DNA of 64,000 bases from the IMG/VR virus record IMGVR_UViG_3300035698_007036, positions 32,001-96,000 of that record. One strand, written 5' to 3'. The notes beneath the pieces were generated by a model, which saw nothing but the letters and a program-made list of their open reading frames with translations, did not search any database and had not been told where the DNA came from. Position numbers and translations under genes: made by a program. Each line of letters starts with the position of its first letter. The stretch's first letter is position 1. Source of the stretch: a virus. Of this stretch, positions 48,701-57,155 are shown one piece after another.

Positions 48701-51700
48701 ACTGTGCTATAAATTGTATAACTTATGGTCTTGGCAATTTAATGGATGGTGCCAGGACTTTTTTTTCTAACGACGATGGACAAACTATAATTTATAACGG
48801 GACTGTGTCAGGTACAGACTCGATGGATTTCACTAACATAAATACTGGGTCATTAACTACAGTGACTTTACCTACTACTTACAGGGATAGATATTGGAGA
48901 TTTTATGCTCCATGGTCAGCTTTAGATATAAGCATAAGAGAGATTCAGGTTTTTGATGCTGATGGTGCTATTTATACTAATGTTACATGGTACTATGATT
49001 CCGGTGATCCGACTAATGTACCGATTTCCACATCAGCTCCTCATTTGACCAATGGTTCTTTGACTGGAAGTTACTATACCATTTCTGAGGGATTGTTCAT
49101 AACAGTAGACCTTGGTGTTTCTACCACTATAAAGGAAGTGAGACTTTTTCACGAACCAGTTGCTGGTTATACTACCACGGTTGACCAAGCTGGTATAGAT
49201 GATAGGGTGGTAATGTACATAGCTGGTGGAGATGGAACGTCTGGTCATATTTTTTCTGATGAAAGTTATTATACACATTCACTTAATACGAACAACGGTG
49301 CTGTTAGCACCCCTATGGTAGGTTCTTTTTCTTCTGGGGCTATAGAGTTTACAGGTTCAGAATATTTAAAGTTTAATACAAGTGATGAGTGGCGACTTAA
49401 TTTAGATATATACGATATAAGTGTAAGAGCTCGTTTTACATCACTACCTTTAGATGGAGAAGATGCTTGTTTTGTGGAGGGTACCTCTGCTGGAGAATAC
49501 AAAGCATGGAAGTTTTGTTTAAGAAATGTCTCTGGTGTCTACTATTTGTCTTTTTATGAAAACAATTCTTTAAAACAAAACGCTGTTTGGACTCCTACTC
49601 TAAATACTTGGTACACATTGAAGGCCAGAAGAACCCCAGGTACTGGCAATCTTTACGTTGATGGTGCCTCTGTGTATTCGGCATCGGTCACAATAGTTAA
49701 CATAAATACAGGTGTATATGTTTATGTTGGTAGGGGTTTTGATGGTCACATGGAAGAGCTTAGGGTTGGTAGAGAAGTAAATCGTTCCAATACCCCTCCA
49801 ACTGTCAAATATGAAACATTTCTTAGACTCGATGTTTACACAAGTGCTGATGATGTAACTTACGCACTGCACTCTCAGAACAGTTTGGCATTTAATGGGC
49901 TTTCAAGTGAGTTAACCACAGGGGGAGTAGCTGCCGGGGGAACCAATCCGTATAATGCGTATGACAACAATGCTTCCACTGAGACCCAGTGGGGTGGTGG
50001 GTCAGGAGTTAGAACGTCTACTTATACGTTCTCTTCTCCACAAGAAATAGATTTTATAAGAGTAAGAGGTTCATATTACCCTTTTTACATTTATGGTTTC
50101 ACACCTGAAGGTAATTCCTATTTATTGATAACTAGTAATGGTGGTAATAATACGTGGATCACGTTCTCTTTTGTTAGTTATGAGGCATACAGTTATATTT
50201 ATTACAGGACTCAAATTTCTCAGTATTCGAATTCCTTAGATGAGATTCAGTGTTTTAAAAAGAACGATAGGTCTAATAGTACATTTATGTCTATCTATTA
50301 CTCTTATTTTTATGTTGATTTAAATTATAGAAAAGCCTTATACCTTATTAGAAGTTGGGGAGCAGCCGATGCAGCGGATGTTTCTCTAACTGAAAATGTA
50401 GAGTACTCTACAGATATTACATCAGATGTTAATTCAGTAGTCTTTAATAGTAGTGAAACAGACGAGGTTAGATGGTTAAGAATAGCTATACCTAATACCA
50501 GTATTAACCGTACTATTCGAAAGCTGGGGATCTACCCCGATATAAGAAAATCTGTTGTTTATGGTCATTATAATTGTACTTGGCATGACTTAGGCACCGC
50601 TTTAACAGACTACGGTACTGGTACCAATGCTGCTTTAAACAAGACTGTAACTTCGTCAAGTCAATTCGGGGATTTGGGACCTGAAAGAGTAACTGATGGG
50701 GTTATAGGCGATACCATTTCCTACGCGTTTCTTTCCGGATATGAGACAGCTCCTTGGGTAAAAATAGATTTAGAGGAGGCTATGGATATATATAGATTCA
50801 AGTGTTATTTTGGTTACGATAGTTCTGATACTAGTTACTTGATTACAAGTTATACAATAGCAACTTCATTGGATGATAGTGCTTGGACTACAAGATTTAG
50901 TATATCCGGCAATACTGAATTAGAAAGAACACATGATCTCACTAGTAGTATATCAGTGAGGTATGTTAAATTGACCATTACTGGTTATAATAACACCTCA
51001 GTACTTATGTATTTATCTTCAGGAGATTACGAGTATTTTAAAGGTACAGTTGTTAGAGAGTTAGAGGTATATGCTGATTACGGTGCTTCTTATATAAGTA
51101 GTAATGACTGGCCTATACTAATAACTAATTTAAATGACCAATTTTATTTAAAAAGCCACTCTGTAGTTGGAATAGATTCACAAAGTACTACTGACGACTG
51201 GAGCAACATCGACTCTAATTTTTCATATTCTGATGTTGTTAGTGCTAACCCTAACATGGCAACCTTTGGTGACTGGGGAGATGCTCCGGTATATGATCAA
51301 TGGGTAGCTGTAAAGAATACTACGGCTAGTTACTACGATAGTGGGCCAAAATATATAAAGCATCTTGTTGTTGAAAACAGTCAAGGCTTAAGTTCATGTG
51401 AGTATAGTTGGTGGTGGAGATCATCTCTAAGCACACTATCAAATGACCATATGTATGTTAAGGAGTCTGCACGATCTTTAAAAATAGAATATCCCACAAG
51501 CTCTGGGGTGGATAATATATCATTAATAGAAGGTGATTATTTTGGAGTTGATGCTCAAGCAGGAGTAAGAGACGGCATGCGGTTGTGGCTTCATATTGAC
51601 GACATAAACAATCTTGATACTGAATACGGTTATTTCTATTTCGGCAATGAAGAGACTCCGGTGGTATACAAATGGAACATAAAAACTTTTTATGACGCCG

Positions 51701-52716
51701 GAGCGTTAAGTACGGGTTGGAATAGTTTGTTTCTGCGATTTAAAGATTATGACGATATAGATTACACCAATTCACAAGATCCATATACTGTAGATGTTAG
51801 AGTACCAAGTACTATAAATTGGAAGTCCATAGGACTAGCTTTCAGGGGGGTGGGCACCGCACTGACTATGAGAATAGAGGGGTTTACTTTGTTAAAGAAT
51901 AAATTCCTAGACAGAGGCTACTACAATTATGGCCTGTATCTTTTACAGAATGACACACTGACTATAAATATGAGCGAGTTAAGTCTAAGTGAAGGAACTA
52001 TAGAGTTTGTAATTAGGCCTGATTATGATCCTAATGGACGAGGTTATTTCAATGTTTTTAAACTGAGAAGCCTTTTTGCTATGTGGAATTTGGCTAAAGA
52101 CTTTTTCGGGGCATATATTTACGGAGGAAATTTAGTTATTTACTTCGGGAACCTAAATGGCAGCCTTACTTTTTTTGAAACCCCTGTGGCGGACTATTGG
52201 GAAAGGGATGACATAGTTCATATAGGTATAACTTGGTCCAATAACGGTTCAGCTATATCTTCGGACAGCAGTACTGTCCAAGTTTATGTTTATGGTGAGT
52301 TACAGAGTAGGTTGTTTGATACCTGGGAAGTGAATGAGGATAAGAAGGTTAATTTCACATTAGGGGGTAAGCCTCCGATTGCGGTTTCTCAGAACTATTC
52401 TGTGGATATCTCATCTATAGACTCGGTGGTTTCTGAACTACGTATTTACAACTATTGTAAAACTAATTTTGATGACACTCTATACGATGTGTTTAATGCC
52501 CAAGGAAATCTGGAAGATCCTAGTCAATTTATTGAGATATCAAAAGATAATCTAACCTTCTATAAAGTAGGAAATACGTCATTGCCTCTGTTTTGGGATG
52601 ATGTGCCAGACGGTACTGCGGTTTCTCTTTATGTTAGAACTGTTTTACCTAGAGCCCTAACAGGAAAAGAGTTAAGAACTGCAGGAATAATAGTCAGTTG
52701 GGATGTGGGGGTATAA
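45751..52716 (+). CDS. Large tail fibre/adhesin-like protein with LamG and F5/8 (discoidin) domains (2321 aa)
   Basis: GTG start with GGAGG RBS. LamG motifs: GAIEFTGSEYL..FDGHMEELRV and EGTIEFVIRP..VSELRIYN. Discoidin motif: NAALNKTVTSSS..WVKIDL..VRYVKLTI. Confidence 0.75.
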   Translation: MAYNFINEASTIKVSTLCYHDNTEGYASDFSVNGEFSDWDYYNGVHTYGCWGGFLFGTLHGTSGYIGRYNTFNPVPGEAYYFVKIAMKYSPVESSVASQGRLMWRTIANTSWGVDKQEDFTIYADNEWHVYTINMGNAQWWQGDINDLRLYPALNGRADDSFFIKYIKIVSTDTYRCTNGDCDYYTSYEHDCPGVGTKGACTSSPNESDYYTVGGTLVVNINGYGQENIQIATMVDATGLQVAKVLGQSISGLDIGGYAEVDVTYNEDKTLTIYSGTYGASSSVDVEDSDTAKALGFDTTTKIVGTDSSSGYLPRCSFSLKTYQLYDIFDTNDDTNFIFDPKLNNIEGGRRDVLDSGLGTAELSSSSTGVTSRSYTKISNYGKTIIDFSNPFNASGRINKIMAACTLTIDGGTATSCKFKIFRPTKDGTLRYITYVDIPNRESGSTLQSSSQEFVSVDCDVIVNKGDFLGIYNADVYVGKHKAGDVDAFYTQVSGDVVTDVISYSTLGDGTAGFSMYACGNQKQNRITLDLDLGARYNLNSVVIDGEVTSDYLEYNIARCKDVTWKFDTFGLTHTTGYWDDLHGYGVSYTNPNAGYGLSSLTDGIFVVENNTAADSYVVQTGDDKEGVIPTNPKYFFCNGDGEWLSTLMFTATWQIDPYIEEFEHDPVAFYIEFPNMVEKEISRSKIYFKEPQNFRNFGLSYLSDTAGLYGNSDDKQYTYIPEYVAVTLNGLRYHDGMSLYSNVEPYLFNNPCTGEPEMTFPAAWVEGSSATVTNGDEYQASTMCEWTTIEHEWDPVVCKGFRVYCNFHKSTKVTEMELYCRTDDVGSSLAGSTSLLFSNYGDHWTEASMLQNGQESVEAVIGDTPRYFVLDIEPITTVRLKNVVFNIDKEAGYVGSKGCDYDVYSGDARLGETGSSQIVTLKNVYGSPYDLYANIAQKSLKESGLIFHSRLNDDAAVTNPIIGADAKYKKASVSHELMGVQNNCAINCITYGLGNLMDGARTFFSNDDGQTIIYNGTVSGTDSMDFTNINTGSLTTVTLPTTYRDRYWRFYAPWSALDISIREIQVFDADGAIYTNVTWYYDSGDPTNVPISTSAPHLTNGSLTGSYYTISEGLFITVDLGVSTTIKEVRLFHEPVAGYTTTVDQAGIDDRVVMYIAGGDGTSGHIFSDESYYTHSLNTNNGAVSTPMVGSFSSGAIEFTGSEYLKFNTSDEWRLNLDIYDISVRARFTSLPLDGEDACFVEGTSAGEYKAWKFCLRNVSGVYYLSFYENNSLKQNAVWTPTLNTWYTLKARRTPGTGNLYVDGASVYSASVTIVNINTGVYVYVGRGFDGHMEELRVGREVNRSNTPPTVKYETFLRLDVYTSADDVTYALHSQNSLAFNGLSSELTTGGVAAGGTNPYNAYDNNASTETQWGGGSGVRTSTYTFSSPQEIDFIRVRGSYYPFYIYGFTPEGNSYLLITSNGGNNTWITFSFVSYEAYSYIYYRTQISQYSNSLDEIQCFKKNDRSNSTFMSIYYSYFYVDLNYRKALYLIRSWGAADAADVSLTENVEYSTDITSDVNSVVFNSSETDEVRWLRIAIPNTSINRTIRKLGIYPDIRKSVVYGHYNCTWHDLGTALTDYGTGTNAALNKTVTSSSQFGDLGPERVTDGVIGDTISYAFLSGYETAPWVKIDLEEAMDIYRFKCYFGYDSSDTSYLITSYTIATSLDDSAWTTRFSISGNTELERTHDLTSSISVRYVKLTITGYNNTSVLMYLSSGDYEYFKGTVVRELEVYADYGASYISSNDWPILITNLNDQFYLKSHSVVGIDSQSTTDDWSNIDSNFSYSDVVSANPNMATFGDWGDAPVYDQWVAVKNTTASYYDSGPKYIKHLVVENSQGLSSCEYSWWWRSSLSTLSNDHMYVKESARSLKIEYPTSSGVDNISLIEGDYFGVDAQAGVRDGMRLWLHIDDINNLDTEYGYFYFGNEETPVVYKWNIKTFYDAGALSTGWNSLFLRFKDYDDIDYTNSQDPYTVDVRVPSTINWKSIGLAFRGVGTALTMRIEGFTLLKNKFLDRGYYNYGLYLLQNDTLTINMSELSLSEGTIEFVIRPDYDPNGRGYFNVFKLRSLFAMWNLAKDFFGAYIYGGNLVIYFGNLNGSLTFFETPVADYWERDDIVHIGITWSNNGSAISSDSSTVQVYVYGELQSRLFDTWEVNEDKKVNFTLGGKPPIAVSQNYSVDISSIDSVVSELRIYNYCKTNFDDTLYDVFNAQGNLEDPSQFIEISKDNLTFYKVGNTSLPLFWDDVPDGTAVSLYVRTVLPRALTGKELRTAGIIVSWDVGV

Positions 52717-55319
52717 TGAACTTTAATCTTTTAGAATCTTCTTATGGGTCTTTTGATACGTCAGTTGGTACAGTAAGTGGTACCTTTGATGAAATGCGTG
52801 CCATAATGACGTTATCAGGAACCAAAGACATATATGGAGATGATATACTGTGTATGGATTTTGATCTCGGCTCACGAATAGAGACAGATAGTATGCATTA
52901 CTATTTCAGCTGTACTACAGCCTCAGCCACCGTTGCTTCAGGTGTAGGTTTTTATTATAAGAACGACCCAGTAGATTCTTATGTAAATACACCCACTTTA
53001 ATAAGTACTGGGTATTATACTACAACTATTTCCGGGCTTAATGCCCCAAGGTACATAAGAATAGTACACACAGTATCTGGAACTTCCATATCTGGTACAG
53101 TTACCGGAGTAGAGGTTACGAATGAGGATAACACAGTAGACTTTGGCACAGATGGCTCATTGGCAAGTTTAACCATACACAGTACTACCAACACGGCACA
53201 GTTAACTAGTTCCCATGTGTATAACACTAATGGTATTCGGTCGAATGCCTATGTTAAAATAGAACCTACAGGCGGTATTGTGGATGAGGCTTTATTTTTG
53301 TCTGGCTCAGAAGATGGCCCTTGGCGTGGTCCAAGAAGTGACCAGTTCATGGATCCTACAGAATCTTCTCAGGCGTTATTGTATAATTTTCCCGAATGTG
53401 ATAAGCGTGGCTCTATAACTGGTGATGTATTTACTGTATACCCTGATTATACTGAAGGTGTGTTCACCTCAAAAATAATGGACACTGGTGGTGAACCATT
53501 TTTCAATGTCAACCTGTCTTGTAATTTACCTGCTGGGACGAGAATAGCGGTTGATGAGTCTGATACGTCCTCGACAATAGAGGTTAGAAGCATTAACAAT
53601 AGGCCTAAGAATTACGCCTATTACCGTAGATATTTCAGAAGCCCTTACCATGTTAGTACTAATTATGCCGGTGTGTATAGCACCTACAATTTAAAGGATG
53701 GGACCGTAAAAGCGGCTAATTGTAGAGACATAGAGGATCCTGATTATAATGAATACGCTAGAAGTATTATGGAGACTATAGACCCCAATAATGAGTATAC
53801 ATACCTTCTTTTCAGGGGCAAAGAAGTAGTTTACAAAAAATTCACTACAACCGATATTGCCCACGATACTTACGATAAGAGTGTAAGGTTAAACTCTAAT
53901 GCTATCCTGACTCCATGGGCAGTATTGCCTACCTCAACAGGCGGCTGTTGGCTTTATTTTTATACGGCAACCGGGGACACTTTAAGTGTTGGCTACTATC
54001 TTAGGTACTATAATTCATCAGGCTCACTACTTTATGATTCTACGGCGTCTACTAACAAAGATATATATTATTGTGACGTAGTTTATGCCACAGGTGATTT
54101 ATGGTATAACTCAGGTGCAGTTATCAAGATCAACAATGATGGTGACATAATATATACTATAGTGCCAGATGTTACGAATCTCGATTTAAGAGGCATTTGC
54201 ACAACTTCCGACGGAGGCTGTTGGATTGTTAATGATGAAGATCTTCATAGGCTGGATTCAGAGGGTAACGAGGTAGATTCTATTCTTGGGGTAAGTACTT
54301 ACGGTTCACTGACCATGGTAGCCCTTGATGGTGAAACAGGCCTTTGGTTAATGGATGGTAATTACGTTAGGAATATAGATATAGACACGGAGCGTGTGCT
54401 TTTCGACGTGTATGTAGGTCAGCCCAGGTTGTTTAGACCAACTGGTACGGATGACGGAATTATGGTTCATTGTACAGATTATTATTGTAAATTTATAGAT
54501 AAAGACACAAGAAGTATAACTAACAGCCATTATGTTTACACAACAATACCAGGGCCTTTTAGTGTCTCTTTTGATAACGATAATCATTCTGGAAAGATGT
54601 ATAAAACCAATGATTTTTTCCCGATATCCGCATCTGCTTCCTCATACGAAAGTGATGGTTGGGCTAGCTACCACCCGCCTTACTACGCTGTTGCTAATAG
54701 TGAATATGTATATTGGGAGGCTGATCACAGCGTTACAGGATATATACCCCAATGGTGGAAATGCGATGTTGGAAAATTCGTGGTACCTAAGATTTTGCGG
54801 ATTAGTCAAGTAAGAAGTGATAACTACTGCCGGTTGGAGGCCAGTACAGATGATTCTAATTGGGACATATTATACAATTCTATGCGACCAAGTACCAGCA
54901 GTATGAGTCAGTACTCTTTTTATACTAACCAAAAAGCTTATAGGTACTTTCGGATATATTTCTATTCTGGGGCAAATTACTGTGGTATACGCGAGACTGA
55001 ACTTATAAGTATATCTCCCTATTTTCCTAATGAGTTGGATACGGAATGGAATAATTTAGAATGGAAAAAAGTGTCGTTAGATAGTTACGATTTTTCTTCT
55101 GATAGATACCATCAGGTTAGGATTACTATGCGAAGAGACAGCCTGGCAATAGAGCCATCTGTTTATGGTGGATATGTAAACAAAAGCACAGATTTAGGAG
55201 ATGTACGCCCTAATGGAAGTAAAGAGTTTTACATAAAATTAGAGACCCCCTCAGATACTAGTGATTACTTAGGTAGTGCTAATACTAACGTTTTAGCTTG
55301 GTGGGAGGTTCCAGTATAA
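52716..55319 (+). CDS. Virion protein with beta-propeller-like and discoidin-like regions (~867 aa)
   Basis: TAATG-coupled start at 52716; GGCW and GDLW blade-like repeats; PQWWKCD..LEASTDDSNW..AYRYFRIY. Confidence 0.65.
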   Translation: MNFNLLESSYGSFDTSVGTVSGTFDEMRAIMTLSGTKDIYGDDILCMDFDLGSRIETDSMHYYFSCTTASATVASGVGFYYKNDPVDSYVNTPTLISTGYYTTTISGLNAPRYIRIVHTVSGTSISGTVTGVEVTNEDNTVDFGTDGSLASLTIHSTTNTAQLTSSHVYNTNGIRSNAYVKIEPTGGIVDEALFLSGSEDGPWRGPRSDQFMDPTESSQALLYNFPECDKRGSITGDVFTVYPDYTEGVFTSKIMDTGGEPFFNVNLSCNLPAGTRIAVDESDTSSTIEVRSINNRPKNYAYYRRYFRSPYHVSTNYAGVYSTYNLKDGTVKAANCRDIEDPDYNEYARSIMETIDPNNEYTYLLFRGKEVVYKKFTTTDIAHDTYDKSVRLNSNAILTPWAVLPTSTGGCWLYFYTATGDTLSVGYYLRYYNSSGSLLYDSTASTNKDIYYCDVVYATGDLWYNSGAVIKINNDGDIIYTIVPDVTNLDLRGICTTSDGGCWIVNDEDLHRLDSEGNEVDSILGVSTYGSLTMVALDGETGLWLMDGNYVRNIDIDTERVLFDVYVGQPRLFRPTGTDDGIMVHCTDYYCKFIDKDTRSITNSHYVYTTIPGPFSVSFDNDNHSGKMYKTNDFFPISASASSYESDGWASYHPPYYAVANSEYVYWEADHSVTGYIPQWWKCDVGKFVVPKILRISQVRSDNYCRLEASTDDSNWDILYNSMRPSTSSMSQYSFYTNQKAYRYFRIYFYSGANYCGIRETELISISPYFPNELDTEWNNLEWKKVSLDSYDFSSDRYHQVRITMRRDSLAIEPSVYGGYVNKSTDLGDVRPNGSKEFYIKLETPSDTSDYLGSANTNVLAWWEVPV

Positions 55320-57154
55320 TGAGTGACTATGCTTCAGATATAGACGTCAGTGATTTTGATTTTATGGGAAGCATAACCGTGACTAATAATGTAGATGAGG
55401 ACCTGATAAACTATTCTATACCGTTAGCACTAACACCAGACAATTTTAATTTTGCGTTTGCCCAATCGGATGGTGCTGATATAAGAATAGCCGAAGGCTC
55501 TGGAGGAACTCAGGTTTTACACATGTATTTAAGAAGATGGGTAGTTAATACCTACGGTGAACTCTGGTTTAAAATACCCAAGTTAGAAGCACTAGACACT
55601 AAGACTTTCTACATATATTTTGGTTTTGTCGGGTCCATTTCGGATGCTTCTAATATAAGTGAGATGGATTTTTTGATGGCAGATAGGTTTGACAGTAATA
55701 ACTATGATTCTAGTAAATGGTCACCAAGTACATATTATTTAGATACCAAAAATTCCCCATTAGCTGGGGCTATCAATTGGCAGATAAGAGCATGGGTAGA
55801 GCACACCCCCTCATCTAAGAATGCCGGTGAGTACCCTAATTATGCATCACTGCGTCATTACTTTTGGGCGAACCCGTCACCTGATTTTTATTTTCGTTAC
55901 TTTTATAATAATGTAGCGACTGATTTTGTTACTGATAGTGAAGTAGGTTATTCTACGACTAATGGTACTATAGAAAAGGGCTCATTTCAGGATATAATTT
56001 ACGATTATTATGAACCAATAGATACACTGAGATTGAGAATACAGAAGCATGATACATTTGCTGACAGTGACTACACATGGGAAAAGCAGACATTTGGTAA
56101 TTTACGTTGTACTAATTTTAGGCATCAGTGGTATACTAATAAGACCAGTGTAGGCCAGGTTTATATAAGACAGGGCGGAGTAATAATGAGGGACTATTGT
56201 GGTAGCGATCCTACCATAGATTACTCAGGCCTTTATATAGAATTTGCTAATATAGAACCTACGGTTCTTTCTACTAAAACTTATAATGATTATTCAACGG
56301 ATTACATTTTCTATCACGAAACAGATTTAGGCGGTGATCCACGAAATCTTTCTGATAATGCTAACAATAGTGTCTGGACCACAGATATTACAGTTGATAT
56401 AGACGGCTATGCCTTAATAGACTTCGGTAGGTATGACGACAGCCTAGTCAGTACAGAGTTTGTCCACTATGATAACGGGCATGTTAGATATTACGGTGCT
56501 TCTAAACTGTCAGATAATGAACTAGATATCAACGGGAGAGATTACTGGAGTAGTACCACCTCATCAGGTGCGTGGGCAGCTATAGAGTTTTACACAGACA
56601 CAAAGGTTGGAAGTTTGTTTGTAAAGGCTGTACCTGGCGAATTAGATAGTATGATAGAAAGTTTTAGATTTGAGGGAACTGCCACCGATCCAAGACTCCC
56701 CACTACTGTCTGGAAGACACTTTGTAGCGGTATAGCCAATGAGGCTACAGGTTGGCAGGGATTCTACTTCACTAATGGCAGGCCTTTTAAATACTATAGA
56801 CTGTTTGTTGATAGTACTTATGGTGGAAATGCGAAGATCCAGGAATGGAAACTCTATGAGTTTATAGAGAATCCTGTTCAGTTAACTCAGAAAGCTATTT
56901 CGGTGCTTAGGCTAAAGCCTACAACGGCTTATGGTCAGTTTCCAAAACAGTTAGAGCTACAGGGATCTAATGGTTTAACATGGGATACCATCACATCCGC
57001 TAGTACCTATACACCATCAGACCTAAATTGGCAGGAATTTGCTTTTACTAATACAGCCCTTTATTGGTCTTATAGAATTAATTTTACCGACAATTGGACT
57101 GGCACAAACGATAAAATAAGCATAGCAGAATGGGCTATGCAGGAGGAGATATAA
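55319..57154 (+). CDS. DUF2341-like plus discoidin-like virion protein (~611 aa)
   Basis: TAATG-coupled start; AQSDGADIRI..LWFKIP..FYIYFG; discoidin-like FKYYRLFV..IQEWKL and LQGSN..W..YWSYRI. Confidence 0.7.
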   Translation: MSDYASDIDVSDFDFMGSITVTNNVDEDLINYSIPLALTPDNFNFAFAQSDGADIRIAEGSGGTQVLHMYLRRWVVNTYGELWFKIPKLEALDTKTFYIYFGFVGSISDASNISEMDFLMADRFDSNNYDSSKWSPSTYYLDTKNSPLAGAINWQIRAWVEHTPSSKNAGEYPNYASLRHYFWANPSPDFYFRYFYNNVATDFVTDSEVGYSTTNGTIEKGSFQDIIYDYYEPIDTLRLRIQKHDTFADSDYTWEKQTFGNLRCTNFRHQWYTNKTSVGQVYIRQGGVIMRDYCGSDPTIDYSGLYIEFANIEPTVLSTKTYNDYSTDYIFYHETDLGGDPRNLSDNANNSVWTTDITVDIDGYALIDFGRYDDSLVSTEFVHYDNGHVRYYGASKLSDNELDINGRDYWSSTTSSGAWAAIEFYTDTKVGSLFVKAVPGELDSMIESFRFEGTATDPRLPTTVWKTLCSGIANEATGWQGFYFTNGRPFKYYRLFVDSTYGGNAKIQEWKLYEFIENPVQLTQKAISVLRLKPTTAYGQFPKQLELQGSNGLTWDTITSASTYTPSDLNWQEFAFTNTALYWSYRINFTDNWTGTNDKISIAEWAMQEEI

Positions 57155-57155
57155 T

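Noticed and set aside
54532-54813. 93-aa + strand ORF in an alternative frame
   Set aside because: It is fully nested in the 52716 gene, with no clear RBS or motif.
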